Shown: piece by piece, positions 40,188 through 50,800 of the stretch
How the letters are laid out: each line of letters opens with the position of its first letter
How positions within the stretch are numbered: the first letter of the stretch is position 1
Assembly (NCBI GenBank): GCA_002361875.1
Contig: DERX01000013.1
Coordinates: forward strand, 1-56,007
Length of the DNA: 56,007 bases
Origin: Ruminococcaceae bacterium UBA3329
GTDB taxonomy: Bacteria; Bacillota; Clostridia; Oscillospirales; Acutalibacteraceae
Direction: 5' to 3'
Program-made: the position numbers and the translations under genes
The notes under the pieces: model-generated
What the model saw: only the letters and a program-made list of their open reading frames with translations
What the model was told of the DNA's origin: nothing
The model's database searches: none

Positions 40188-41375
40188 ATGATTTCATATA
40201 AAAGAACAAAGCTCTCCTGCTACGCGGGGTATTTTGTGCAGGCGATTATCAACAATCTTCCCCCTCTTCTGTTCATTGTCTTTCACGAGCAATTCGGAAT
40301 TGACCTTAAACGGCTTTCGGCTTTAATTACGGTTAATTTCGTATCGCAGATTGCAGTAGATTTGTTTGCAATAAAATTTTCGGATAAAATCGGTTATAAA
40401 ATACTGTCTGTACTGTCGCAGAGTGTAACGGCAGTCGGTCTTATTTTACTTGCCTTTTTACCTAATGTCATCAATCCTTTTACGGGAATTATGATTGCAA
40501 TAATTCTGAATGCAATAGGAAGCGGACTTATGGAAGTAATTATAAGTCCGATAATTGAGGCAATTCCCGGTGATAAAAAGACCTCTCAAATGGCTTTTCT
40601 TCATTCATTTTACTGCTGGGGACAGGTCTTTGTGGTACTCGTCACAACCCTGCTCATTAAATTTCTCGGCAAAGAAAATTGGCACTTCATTCCCCTGCTC
40701 TGGGCAATACTGCCTGCCGTTAATACGGTTTCTTTCATCTCCTGCCCAATGCCCCAAAATTTAGCGGCGGAAGAAAGAACGCCTGTCGGTAAGCTGTTTT
40801 TCAAAAAGCAGTTTATTTTAATGCTGCTCTTAATGCTTTGCGCAGGCGCTTCGGAGCTTGGAATGTCACAATGGTCGTCTTATTTCGCCGAAACAGGACT
40901 TCACGTTACAAAGCAAACAGGCGATATTCTCGGGCCGTGTATGTTTGCGGTGCTTATGGGAATCGGCAGAATACTTTTCGGCATATTCGGAGAAAAGTTG
41001 AATATTAAAATCGCCTTGGGCGTTTCGGCTGCTCTTTGTGCAATGAGCTATATTATAGTTTCAATGTCGAATAACAGCTACATTTCACTCATTTTCTGCG
41101 CATTTACTGGCATTTGCATTAGTATGATGTGGCCCGGTACTTTCAGCCTTGCCGCAAGAAAATTTCCCGAGGGCGGAAACAGTATGTTCGGCATTTTAGC
41201 GCTTTCCGGAGATATGGGCTGTACGCTCGGCCCGTGGGTAGTTTCATTTGCCGCTTTGCATTTCTGTGACGGAAATCTTAAAGGAGGCTTGGGATTCGGC
41301 GCACTCTTCCCGATTATAATGATTATTTCGCTTGTGCTTATTAAGGGAAATAAAAGTAAAAAGCAAACAGTATAA
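40188..41375 (+). CDS. MFS transporter
   Basis: About 12 hydrophobic helices in a 6+6 layout. It starts 4 nt after manA. Confidence 0.78.
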   Translation: MISYKRTKLSCYAGYFVQAIINNLPPLLFIVFHEQFGIDLKRLSALITVNFVSQIAVDLFAIKFSDKIGYKILSVLSQSVTAVGLILLAFLPNVINPFTGIMIAIILNAIGSGLMEVIISPIIEAIPGDKKTSQMAFLHSFYCWGQVFVVLVTTLLIKFLGKENWHFIPLLWAILPAVNTVSFISCPMPQNLAAEERTPVGKLFFKKQFILMLLLMLCAGASELGMSQWSSYFAETGLHVTKQTGDILGPCMFAVLMGIGRILFGIFGEKLNIKIALGVSAALCAMSYIIVSMSNNSYISLIFCAFTGICISMMWPGTFSLAARKFPEGGNSMFGILALSGDMGCTLGPWVVSFAALHFCDGNLKGGLGFGALFPIIMIISLVLIKGNKSKKQTV

Positions 41376-41416
41376 ATATAAGATTTATGTTAATTTTTTA
41401 ACTTATTATCAAGGTA

Positions 41417-41444
41417 TTGACAAACGGTATAAGCGTGATATAAT
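41417..41444 (+). promoter_or_regulatory. Candidate sigma-A promoter of the FMN riboswitch-ribU unit
   Basis: TTGACA-16 nt-TATAAT with an extended -10 (TGa). Confidence 0.6.
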
Positions 41445-41467
41445 CGTAATTACAAATTAACAAAAGT

Positions 41468-41575
41468 TGTCTTCAGGGCGGAGTGCAATTCTCCACCGGT
41501 GGTTAAAGTCCACGAGCCAAAAGCTGAACGGGTGTAATTCCCGTACCGACGGTATAGTCCGGATGAAAGAAGATA
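41468..41575 (+). promoter_or_regulatory. FMN riboswitch (RFN element)
   Basis: TCTTCAGGGCGGAGTGCAATTCTCCACCGGTGGTTAAAGTCCACGAGCC...GTAATTCCCGTACCGACGGTATAGTCCGGATGAAAGAAGA matches the conserved RFN core. A terminator and a riboflavin transporter gene follow. Confidence 0.9.
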
Positions 41576-41598
41576 CGGCAATAAAAATAAGTCGTAGC

Positions 41599-41629
41599 AG
41601 CCCTGCATTTACTTGCAGGGCTTTTTCTC
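41599..41629 (+). terminator. Expression-platform terminator of the FMN riboswitch
   Basis: Stem AGCCCTGCA / TGCAGGGCT followed by TTTTTCTCT. Confidence 0.8.
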
Positions 41630-41662
41630 TGTTTAGGCAACTCATAAGAAAGGTGTCAAAAT

Positions 41663-42274
41663 ATGGAAAATCAAATCAAACCGAAGAAGAAAATCAATGC
41701 AAGAGCCATTGCGGCTACAGCCATGCTTTCAGCGCTCGCTTATGTGCTTATGTTCATTGAAATAAGCGTGCCGATAATGCCGTTTTTTATTAAATTTGAC
41801 ATTTCGGAATTGCCTGCCCTTATTGCATCTTTTGCATACGGGCCTGTCAGCGGAATTGTTGTCTGTCTTGTAAAAAATGTTTTAAATCTTCTTATTAAAT
41901 CCCAGACAGCTGGTGTCGGCGAGCTTTCAAACTTCATTTTAGGCGTTTTATTTGTTGTTCCTGCGGGAATAATTTATAAACGCAAAAAAACAAGAACAGG
42001 CGCAGTCTTGGGTGCGGCAGTCGGAGCCGTTACAAGCACTGTTATATGCTTCTTCACAAATTACTACATAGTATATCCGATTTATGCAAAAATTCTTATG
42101 CCGCAGGAGGTTATTCTTCAAGCATATCAGGCAATTTTACCGTCTGTTAAAAATCTCGCCGAAGCTATTCTCATTTTCAACGTGCCGTTTACATTCGTAA
42201 AATTTGCAATTGTTGCTGTGCTTACATTCTTAATCTACAAGCGTATTTCACCAATTTTGAAAGGTAAAATGTGA
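41663..42274 (+). CDS. ribU: Riboflavin transporter, ECF S-component
   Basis: 203-aa protein with an S-component profile of about 5-6 TM helices, directly behind an FMN riboswitch. Confidence 0.82.
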   Translation: MENQIKPKKKINARAIAATAMLSALAYVLMFIEISVPIMPFFIKFDISELPALIASFAYGPVSGIVVCLVKNVLNLLIKSQTAGVGELSNFILGVLFVVPAGIIYKRKKTRTGAVLGAAVGAVTSTVICFFTNYYIVYPIYAKILMPQEVILQAYQAILPSVKNLAEAILIFNVPFTFVKFAIVAVLTFLIYKRISPILKGKM

Positions 42275-42290
42275 TATTTCAAGAAAAATG

Positions 42291-42318
42291 TTGACAACAG
42301 TCGCATTTGTGCTAAAAT
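42291..42318 (+). promoter_or_regulatory. Candidate sigma-A promoter of the SAM riboswitch-metK unit
   Basis: TTGACA-16 nt-TAAAAT with an extended -10 (TGc). Confidence 0.6.
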
Positions 42319-42337
42319 ATATAAGTAAACTTAATAT

Positions 42338-42434
42338 CCCTTATTAAGAGTGGTCGAGGGACAGGCCCTTTGACACCACGGCAACCTGCATTTGCAAGGT
42401 GCTAATTCCTGCGGAATATTCCGAAAGATAAGGA
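42338..42434 (+). promoter_or_regulatory. SAM-I riboswitch (S-box)
   Basis: CCTTATTAAGAGTGGTCGAGGGACAGGCCCTTTGACACCACGGCAACC...GGTGCTAATTCCTGC...AAGATAAGG matches the S-box core and its closing P1 helix. Confidence 0.9.
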
Positions 42435-42441
42435 CTTTTTG

Positions 42442-42471
42442 AGCGTCCTGACTTTCAGGGCGCTTATTTTT
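42442..42471 (+). terminator. Expression-platform terminator of the SAM riboswitch
   Basis: Stem AGCGTCCTG / CAGGGCGCT with one G-U pair, followed by TATTTTT. Confidence 0.75.
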
Positions 42472-42497
42472 CAGCTGTTTTTTAGGAGGAAAACAAA

Positions 42498-43688
42498 ATG
42501 GCAAAATTTCTTTTTACATCAGAATCGGTAACAGAAGGTCATCCCGATAAAATCTGTGACAAAATTTCCGATGCAATTCTTGACGCTATGATAGCACAGG
42601 ACAAGATGTCACGAGTTGCGTGCGAAACGACCTGCACAACGGGACAGGTTCTTGTTATGGGTGAAATTACCTCAAAGGCAAATGTTAATATTCCCGAAAT
42701 CGTTAGAAATACTATTTGTGAAATAGGCTACGATTCAGGCGACAAGGGCTTTGACGGCAACACCTGTGCTGTTCTTGTAGCACTTGACAAGCAGTCACCC
42801 GACATTGCTCTCGGCGTTGACAACTCACTCGAAATTAAAGAGGGCGACAATGACGCTTACAACCTTAACGGTGCGGGCGACCAGGGAATGATGTTCGGCT
42901 TTGCCTGTGACGAAACTCCCGAGCTTATGCCCCTGCCCATTTCAATGGCAAATAAGCTTGCAGTTCAGCTTACAAAGGTAAGACGCGACGGCACTCTCCC
43001 CTATCTCCGTCCCGACGGAAAAACTCAGGTAACTGTTGAATATGACGATGACAGAAACCCCGTAAGAATTGACGCAGTTGTTGTTTCTTCACAGCACAGT
43101 GCTGATGTTTCACTTGATAAAATACGTGAGGATATTAAGAAAAACGTAATTTTCCCGATTGTTCCGTCTGAGCTTATTGACGAAAACACAAAAATTTATA
43201 TTAACCCCACAGGGCGCTTTGTTGTCGGCGGCCCCGCAGGCGACTCGGGTCTTACGGGCCGAAAAATTATTGTTGATACATACGGCGGTTATTCTCGTCA
43301 CGGCGGCGGTGCATTCTCGGGCAAAGACCCCACAAAAGTTGACCGTTCAGCCGCTTATGCCGCAAGATATGTTGCCAAAAACATTGTTGCAAGCGGTCTT
43401 GCAAAGAAATGCGAAATTCAGTTAGCATATGCAATAGGCGTTGCAAAGCCTGTTTCGGTTATGGTTGACACCTTCGGCACAGGCAAAATCAAGGATGAGG
43501 ACTTGGCTGATATTGTCAATAAGGTATTTGACCTTCGACCAGCCGCAATTATTGATACACTGAAACTTCGCAATCCTATTTACAAACAGCTTGCCGCTTA
43601 CGGACACGTCGGAAGATGCGACATTGACGTTATCTGGGAGCATACTGACAAAGCTGAAGAAATTAAAAAGCTTGCTGAAAATTTATAA
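42498..43688 (+). CDS. metK: S-adenosylmethionine synthase
   Basis: [21 protein letters not shown] and [16 protein letters not shown]. Confidence 0.95.
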   Translation: MAKFLFTSESVTEGHPDKICDKISDAILDAMIAQDKMSRVACETTCTTGQVLVMGEITSKANVNIPEIVRNTICEIGYDSGDKGFDGNTCAVLVALDKQSPDIALGVDNSLEIKEGDNDAYNLNGAGDQGMMFGFACDETPELMPLPISMANKLAVQLTKVRRDGTLPYLRPDGKTQVTVEYDDDRNPVRIDAVVVSSQHSADVSLDKIREDIKKNVIFPIVPSELIDENTKIYINPTGRFVVGGPAGDSGLTGRKIIVDTYGGYSRHGGGAFSGKDPTKVDRSAAYAARYVAKNIVASGLAKKCEIQLAYAIGVAKPVSVMVDTFGTGKIKDEDLADIVNKVFDLRPAAIIDTLKLRNPIYKQLAAYGHVGRCDIDVIWEHTDKAEEIKKLAENL

Positions 43689-43772
43689 TTTTCCAATTAA
43701 AATTTGAATAAAAAAAGCATAAAAATCTCATACTAATTTTGCAAGACAAAATGCGAAAAAGGAGTGAGATGA

Positions 43773-43985
43773 ATGCTTGACAGAATTTCTTTAATACTTG
43801 TTGTAATCGGTGCGCTTAACTGGGGCTCTATCGGCCTTTTTCAATTTGATATAGTGGCATGGATTTTCGGCGGACAGGGCGCAATTGTAAGCAGAATTAT
43901 ATATACGCTCGTAGCATTGGCAGGTATTTGGTGCTTGTCGCTTTTATTCCGTGAGAATGAAATGCTTGCAGTAAATGAAAACTAA
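43773..43985 (+). CDS. DUF378 small membrane protein
   Basis: 70 aa with GALNWGSIGLFQFDIVAWIFG, typical of DUF378. Confidence 0.75.
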   Translation: MLDRISLILVVIGALNWGSIGLFQFDIVAWIFGGQGAIVSRIIYTLVALAGIWCLSLLFRENEMLAVNEN

Positions 43986-44006
43986 ATAACTGAACTAACC
44001 AAACTC

Positions 44007-44035
44007 AAAAGCCACACCGAAAAGTGTGGCTTTTG
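44007..44035. terminator. Bidirectional terminator between convergent transcription units
   Basis: AAAA-GCCACAC-cgaaaa-GTGTGGC-TTTT. Confidence 0.8.
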
Positions 44036-44107
44036 TTATGTCAAAAATCTGTTTGAAAACTACTATATCTTTTAGCAGCGAGTGAAATCCTCTACCTGCC
44101 TATCTTT

Positions 44108-44377
44108 TCAATTGTTTCCGCTGTGAAGATATTTTGAACACAAATCATGTAAGTTTCTATGGATGTTAATTGAGTTTCTGCTCTCTTTATCAACAATATC
44201 TAATTTTAAATCAGTATTTCCGTAACCATCAAAAAGCTCAAATATTTTGAATACTATATCATGTGTTACGTCAAAAAGCGAATCTTTAATATCGGAATTG
44301 TCACCTAATGACGAAAGAACTACTTCTTCCTGAATTATTTTAATTTCCTGAAACAATTTTTCTTCGATACTGTTCAT
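44108..44377 (-). CDS. Hypothetical small acidic protein
   Basis: 89 aa with a GGAG SD about 9 nt upstream. It lies 31 nt after the rqcH stop and is followed by the bidirectional terminator. I recognise no family. Confidence 0.5.
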   Translation of the reverse strand: MNSIEEKLFQEIKIIQEEVVLSSLGDNSDIKDSLFDVTHDIVFKIFELFDGYGNTDLKLDIVDKESRNSINIHRNLHDLCSKYLHSGNN

Positions 44378-44408
44378 AAATTTTACTCCAATTTACCTTA
44401 ACCAAAAC

Positions 44409-46160
44409 CTATTTTGTACTTTTTAAACGTTCAACCGCATCTTTTTTAGGCGTTACATACACCGTATTATATGTGTTGTAAATGACCTTGCCGGGCTTTG
44501 CACCGACGGGCTTTTTCACATTTTTAATCAGCGTATAGTCAACGGCAACGGACGAGGAATTACACGCTTTGCTGTGATACGCCGCAATCACTGCCGCCTC
44601 ACGGATTGCCGTTTCGCTTATTTCTTTATTGTCACTGCAAATTACCGTGTGCGAGCCTGCTTGCTTTTGAACATGCAGCCACATATCGTAATTTTTAGCG
44701 GTTTTAAGCGTCAAAATGTCATTTTGGACATTGTTTCTTCCGACTAAAATTCTGAATCCGTCTGATGAAACAAATTCAAGCGGCGGCAATGCTTTTTCTC
44801 TTTTTTGCTTTGCATTTTTCTTGATTTTAAGGTATCCGCCGTCCTGCAATTCCTGCCTGATTTCGGCTATCTCCTTTTCAGTTTCCGCACGGCTGAGATT
44901 ATCAAGAACGGAATCAAGGTATATAAGCTCCTGCTCGCCCTCTTCAATTAAGGAATGAAGCATTTTTTCGGCATTCGCCGCTTTTTTGTAATCTTTAAAA
45001 TACTTCTGTGCATTTTGCTGACATGTAAGTGCAGGGTCGGCAGGTACAGTTAAAATATTATTACCGTCATAATAATTTTCAACATCGTAAGACGATTGCT
45101 TTTGAGAAAACTTATACTGATTTGCTGTTAAAAGCTCGGCAAATATGCGCAATTCTTCTCTTCTTTCGCTTTTTTGAAGCTCTGAACGTCTGTTATTTAT
45201 TTTTCTTGCGGTTCTCTCAGTAGCATTACCCAAAAGCTTAAACAAGTCCCCTGCTTTGCGTTTTACTCTTAAAATTTTATCCTTGTCGTAATAAAAATCG
45301 TCAATCAGTTCGCAGAAAGAACTGTATTCAGTAATTTTTGCATCAGTGCCGTACTGACGGATTTTCAAAAAAGAAAAATCAAAGGTGTCGTTATCCGGTA
45401 CGGAAATTTTATATGCTTTTGGCGAAGATACCGCCGAAATAAGATTTTCAATTTCAGTTTGAAGTCTTTCCTTTTCAATTTCGGAAAGTGCAGAAACGGG
45501 TTTATCAGAGAAAAGAACCCTATATGATATTTCACGGCTGACAATAGGTGAAATTCCGCCCACAGTGTCCAAAACTGCTTTTGAAAGCATTTTCGAGCCG
45601 CAATTCAGTATTTTTTCCGTTATTTCTTCTGCGCTGTCCTTATACAAATTGCTTTTTTGAAGCATAGGCGGCAATTCGTAATTAAGTCCGGGTAAAATCT
45701 CACGGACAGATGATTTATTTTCGTCAATCCGCTTAACCGCATCCAATATTTTCTTATTTTCATCAAGCAAAATTATATTGCTTTTCTGTGCCATAATTTC
45801 ACATATAAGATAATATTTTGTTCTGTCGCCTATTTCGGTTGTACCGTCAAAAGTGAATATTAAAATTCTGTCATTACCTATTTGCCGGGTAGATATTAAA
45901 TTTGCCCCTATAAGGCGTTTTCTAAACATCATACAAAGCATCGGCGGCTGTTTGGGGTTTTCAAAGTTATAGCTCGTAAGGTGAACTCTCGGACTTTGAC
46001 CGTCAGCCGACAAATAAAGTCTGTATGCACCGTTTCGGGTACGCAAAAGCAGCACCAGCTCCTGCTTTGAGGGCTGATACACCTTTTCGACCTTTGAGCC
46101 GATTATATAAGCAGAAAGCTCATTTTTTACAAATCCTAAAGTTAATCCGTCTAATCCCAT
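44409..46160 (-). CDS. rqcH: NFACT-family ribosome quality control protein (FbpA/RqcH)
   Basis: NFACT-N start (MGLDGLTL...), a central coiled coil, and an NFACT-R block (DMWLHVQKQAGSHTVI). Start trimmed to the ATG at 46160 to remove the overlap with the Nif3-family gene. Confidence 0.82.
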   Translation of the reverse strand: MGLDGLTLGFVKNELSAYIIGSKVEKVYQPSKQELVLLLRTRNGAYRLYLSADGQSPRVHLTSYNFENPKQPPMLCMMFRKRLIGANLISTRQIGNDRILIFTFDGTTEIGDRTKYYLICEIMAQKSNIILLDENKKILDAVKRIDENKSSVREILPGLNYELPPMLQKSNLYKDSAEEITEKILNCGSKMLSKAVLDTVGGISPIVSREISYRVLFSDKPVSALSEIEKERLQTEIENLISAVSSPKAYKISVPDNDTFDFSFLKIRQYGTDAKITEYSSFCELIDDFYYDKDKILRVKRKAGDLFKLLGNATERTARKINNRRSELQKSERREELRIFAELLTANQYKFSQKQSSYDVENYYDGNNILTVPADPALTCQQNAQKYFKDYKKAANAEKMLHSLIEEGEQELIYLDSVLDNLSRAETEKEIAEIRQELQDGGYLKIKKNAKQKREKALPPLEFVSSDGFRILVGRNNVQNDILTLKTAKNYDMWLHVQKQAGSHTVICSDNKEISETAIREAAVIAAYHSKACNSSSVAVDYTLIKNVKKPVGAKPGKVIYNTYNTVYVTPKKDAVERLKSTK

Positions 46161-46168
46161 AAGTACCT

Positions 46169-46921
46169 TTATATTGTTTTTATCGGAGTTGTCTGCGGTG
46201 CTCTTAAGCACTCCACTGAAAACTCATTCTTAATTTTTTCCATAAGTAAATCCACCGAAGGATTTTCTGTTTCAAAATGCCCTGCCGCAACAAGAGCAAT
46301 GTCCATTTCGTTTGCATCAAGAAAATCGTGATGCCCACCGTCACCCGTTAAAAGCACGTCCGCTTCCATTTCTTTCGCTTCTGTGAGATAATCCGCACCT
46401 GCGCCTGCGCACACCGCAACAGTGCGAACGGTTTTATCCAAGCTGTTATATCTTACCGTACCGTCGAGAGTTTCTTTAACAAAATTCACGAAATCGGTTA
46501 AGGAATATTCTTTTTGAGGAGTGCATTTATAGACAAATGCACCATCAGCTGTTTTAACAACATCAATAATATTCAAATTCAGTTTATTGCAAAGAGCAGT
46601 ATTAACGCCCTCTTTGGCAAAATCGAAATTTGTATGAGCACTGATATGAGCCATTCCGTTTTTCGCCATTCTGTAGAGAACAGAATCCGCTGGAAGAACC
46701 TTAACAGGCTTAAAAATCAGCGGATGATGCGTAACGATTAAATCAGCATTCGCGCTTTCGGCAAACGAAACAACCTCGCCCGTTATTTCAAGAGCAAAAA
46801 CTATTTTATTTACATAAGCGTTAATATCGCCGACCGAAAAGCCTGTATTGTCCCATTCGCAAGAGGTGTTATAGGGGGCAAAGCTATCTATATAATCCAA
46901 AATATCTTTTACTTTAACCAT
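46169..46921 (-). CDS. Nif3-family dinuclear metal centre protein (YqfO-like)
   Basis: DNTGF, the LIVTHHPLIF motif, C-terminal GHFETE, and pairing with trmK. Confidence 0.85.
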   Translation of the reverse strand: MVKVKDILDYIDSFAPYNTSCEWDNTGFSVGDINAYVNKIVFALEITGEVVSFAESANADLIVTHHPLIFKPVKVLPADSVLYRMAKNGMAHISAHTNFDFAKEGVNTALCNKLNLNIIDVVKTADGAFVYKCTPQKEYSLTDFVNFVKETLDGTVRYNSLDKTVRTVAVCAGAGADYLTEAKEMEADVLLTGDGGHHDFLDANEMDIALVAAGHFETENPSVDLLMEKIKNEFSVECLRAPQTTPIKTI

Positions 46922-47574
46922 TTTTCAAGCTCCTTAACCACAAGCTCTGATTCGTTATAATCTTTACCTGCATTTTTCAGCATTTCATATTTTATCGAAT
47001 ACTTTTTTAAAAGCGCTTTTAGGTATTCTTTTGAATCAGGGTCGGAATTTTTGTATATTTCTCCTATTACACATTCGGGAACAGTGCGAGTTTCGGCAAT
47101 GCCGCTGTAATAAACGCTTAAAATTATGTAAAGCTTGTCGCCGTCCTTAACGGCAACCTCTTTCTCAATATAAAATCCGTTTTCATAAAGCGTTTTACGC
47201 AAATCTTCTGCGTGAGTCATCGGCTGTAAAATAAGGTGAATGTCGGTATTTTTAAGCCATGTGGTGCGCTCAATAAATTCGGAAATTAAAAGTCCGCCCA
47301 TTCCCGCTATTGCAATTTCATTGACTTCGCCGTCTGAATAAGCATCGAGCCCGTCTGAAAGGCGCAAATTGACTTTATCCGCCACGCCGTATTTTTTAAC
47401 GGTTTCTTCGGCATTTTTTAAAGGCCCTTTACGCAAATCCGAGCAGACGGCATATTCAATTTTACCGCCCATTAACAGAAAAGCAGGTAAATAAGCGTGG
47501 TCTGTGCCGACATCGGCAAAGCGTGTACCGCTTCTCACTAAATCCGCAACGGCAGAAAGTCTTGAATCTAACAT
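46909..47574 (-). CDS. trmK: tRNA (adenine22-N1)-methyltransferase
   Basis: LSAVADLV...ADVGTDHAYLP and IAGMGG motifs, with the Nif3-family gene adjacent downstream. Confidence 0.82.
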   Translation of the reverse strand: MLDSRLSAVADLVRSGTRFADVGTDHAYLPAFLLMGGKIEYAVCSDLRKGPLKNAEETVKKYGVADKVNLRLSDGLDAYSDGEVNEIAIAGMGGLLISEFIERTTWLKNTDIHLILQPMTHAEDLRKTLYENGFYIEKEVAVKDGDKLYIILSVYYSGIAETRTVPECVIGEIYKNSDPDSKEYLKALLKKYSIKYEMLKNAGKDYNESELVVKELEKWLK

Positions 47575-47584
47575 ATTTACTCCT

Positions 47585-47614
47585 AAAACAAATCCCCCTG
47601 TATTTCAAGGGGGA
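47585..47614 (-). terminator. Intrinsic terminator between the DUF1858 gene and trmK
   Basis: On the minus strand: TCCCCCT-(8 nt)-AGGGGGA followed by TTTGTTTT, then the trmK SD (AGGAG). Confidence 0.7.
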
Positions 47615-47621
47615 ATTTCTT

Positions 47622-47831
47622 TTACTCAGCCTTTTCGCTCAAAAACTTATTGATTTTCTCAACAAGCTCATCAGCATTTACGCCGTGAACCATACAAGCC
47701 TGTTCAAGCGTTTCGCCCCTTGCGGAGGGACAACCGAGGCAATGCATTCCCATTTCAAGAAAAAACGGAACGGTCTCCCTTGCATTGTCAAGAATTTCGC
47801 CGATATTCATATCTCTTGTTACTTGAAACAT
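47622..47831 (-). CDS. DUF1858 (hybrid-cluster-protein-associated redox disulfide) domain protein
   Basis: 69 aa with MHCLGCP and a pattern typical of DUF1858. It starts 3 nt after the ileS stop. Confidence 0.78.
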   Translation of the reverse strand: MFQVTRDMNIGEILDNARETVPFFLEMGMHCLGCPSARGETLEQACMVHGVNADELVEKINKFLSEKAE

Positions 47832-47834
47832 AGT

Positions 47835-50800
47835 TTATTCTCCTTTTGAAACTGAAATTGTAACGTCTTTTCCGTTTACGGAAACCGTTTTTGAAAGGTC
47901 CGCCGAAATATCTTCACCGATTTTGAGTGAATCGGCAAGAAGCTCGTTTGCAATATAAGTCTTCTTTTCATTCAATGCAGTGAGCATAAATTCGTCAGCA
48001 GTGTTAATTGAAGCCGCAATGTGCTGTTCAACCTGATAGCCTGCCTCTTTACGAAGGAGCTGACACTGACGGATAATGTCACGCACTGCACCGTCTTTAA
48101 GCAAATCGTCGGTAAGAACAACATCGAGAGCAAGAACGCTGTCTGTGCCGAACTCGGCAGAAACAATTCCTGCCTTTGTTTTTGAATTAACGGCAAATAC
48201 AGATGCGTCAAATTTTTCGTCCCAACCGGGAACTGCAACCTCGCCGCCTGCAATTACAGCCTCTGTAACAGCTTTCATATCGGCGTCGGAAAGATTTTCA
48301 AGCGTTTGCTTCATCTTATTGACATTCTGCTTGAGAACTGCGCCTGCAACCTTAAAGTTAACTGCGCAATATTTATCTTCAAGAAGATTTGCATCGCTGA
48401 TATACTCAATATTTTTAATATTAAGCTCATCAAGAATATTTTTCTCAAAAGTTTTGATTTTATCAGCCTTATCGCTTTCACAGCAAACGAAAAGTTTGTT
48501 AAGCGGCTGACGGACTTTAATCTGCTGTTCGTTACGAAGGCGCATTGCAACTGCAATTACATCTCTTGCAAGAGCAGTTTCTTCGATAATTCCGTCGTCC
48601 TCAAAGCCTTCAATTACCGTAGGCCAATCGCTGAGGTGAACTGACTCTGCACTGTTCGGCTCGCAAACTTTAATAAGCTTCTGCCAAATGTACTCTGTCA
48701 TAAACGGAATTACCGGAGCCATTACCTGAACACACGCCTTAAGCGCTGTAAAGAGAGTCCAATAAGCAATCATCTTGTCCTGCTTGTCCTCTGTTTTCCA
48801 GAAACGACGGCGGTTTGTTCTGATGTACCAATTTGAAATGTCATCAACGAAAATCTCAAAGTCCTTAATAAGAAGATAAACCTTGTAATCATCCATATAG
48901 CTTTGAGCTTTTTCGATGAACTCGTTAGTTCTCACAATAAGCCATTTATCGGTTGCGGTCATATCAGCCTTATTGGGCTTATAATCGGTAAATACAGGCT
49001 TATCAATTTGTGCATAGGTATCAAAGAAGGTATAAATGTTCCAGAATGAAAGCATTTTTCTTCTTGCTTCATCGCCGAGGTTAAAGCCGAAACGAACATC
49101 ATTTGTATTCGGCGCACCTGCATAAAGATAACGGACCGTGTCTGCGCCGATTTTTTCAGCCGCCTCGTCAAATTTAATCATAAAGCCTGTTTTTGAGAAT
49201 TTTGAGCCGTCCTCGGCAACAACTGCGCTGTTCGTAACAACTCTCTCATAAGGCGCTCTGTCCTCTAAAACAGTGGACATAAAGAGCATTGAATAGAACC
49301 AAAGACGAACCTGCTCGTGCATCTCGGTAACCCATTCGGCAGGGAAATTCTTTTCCCACTCTTTTCTGTCGGTAAAGTAGCCGAAGGTTGAATAAGGCAC
49401 AATACCTGCATCAAGCCAAACATCGCCGATTTCGGAAACACGGGAAACCTCTTTTCCGCAATGCGGGCATTTAATTTTAATTTCGTCTACCCACGGTCTG
49501 TGAAGCTCCGGAAGAGCGTCAACCATTGCGGGGTCAACAGCCTTTTCGCGAAGCTCTGCCTTTGAGCCGATAACCGTTACCTCACCGCAGTCGCACGGAT
49601 AAAACGGGAGCGGAAGTCCGTAATAACGCTTACGGGAAATATTCCAGTCGCCCATATTGTTAAGCCAGTCATTCATACGCTTGCCGTTTGAGGCAGGCTC
49701 CCACTTAACTGAATTTGCATTCTTAATAAGACGGGGTTTAAGCTCCTCTGTGCGTATGTACCACGCAGGAACAAGCCTGAAAACAACCTCTGATTTACAA
49801 CGCCAGCAAACGGGATAGCTGTGCTCATGAGGCTCTACCTTATAAAGCTTATTATCAGCCTTAAGATGCTCGAATACCTCGTCAGCAACGGTGTGGCTGT
49901 CCTTACCTGTCATCCAGCCGAAACCTTCAAGGTAAATGCCCATATCGTCAATAGGCATAACCTTTGGAAGCCCCAAACGCTCGCCGAGTTCAAAGTCCTC
50001 AACACCGCAGCCGGGAGCGATATGAACAACGCCAGTACCCTCATCAGCCGCAACATCCTCCCAAGCAACGACCTTATGGTCAATGCCTGCCTGCGCGGGA
50101 ATGTCGGGGAAGCAGGTGTCATAATGCATACCTACAAGCTCTTCGCCCTTGAGTGCGCGTACAACCTCTAATTTATCGTCGCCTAAATATTTAATAGCAT
50201 TCTTTGCAAGGATAAGAGTTTTCTCGTCACTCTTAATTTTAACCTCAACATAGTCAATTTTGGGATTTACCGCCAAAGCTACATTTGAAGAAAGAGTCCA
50301 CGGAGTAGTTGTCCATACAAGAATTTTTGAGTTAATTTCTTTTAAAGGAAGTTTAAAGAAAACGGAATTATGGGTCATGAGCTTATAGGAGCCTGTCATC
50401 TCATGTTCGGAAAGAGAGGTTCCGCAACGGGGACACCAAGGCATAGGCTTGTACTCACGCTTTATCCAGCCGTTGTCGTCGCAAACCTTTAAGAAATGCC
50501 AAATACCCTGAATGTTAAGGTCAGTATTTGTGTAATAAGAATTGTCCCAATCCATCCACTGACCCAAGCGTTTTGACTGCTCGGTAATAATACCCGAGAA
50601 ATGCTTTACACGCTCAACGCACTGACGGGTGAACTTGTCCATACCGTATTCTTCAATATCCTTCTTCGTTTTAAAGCCGAGCTGTTTTTCAACCTCAACC
50701 TCAACCCAAAGACCCTGGGAGTCAAAGCCGTTCTGCCTGCGGCAGTCATAACCTCTCATAGACTTATAACGGATAAAAATATCCTTTATACTTCTGCCCC

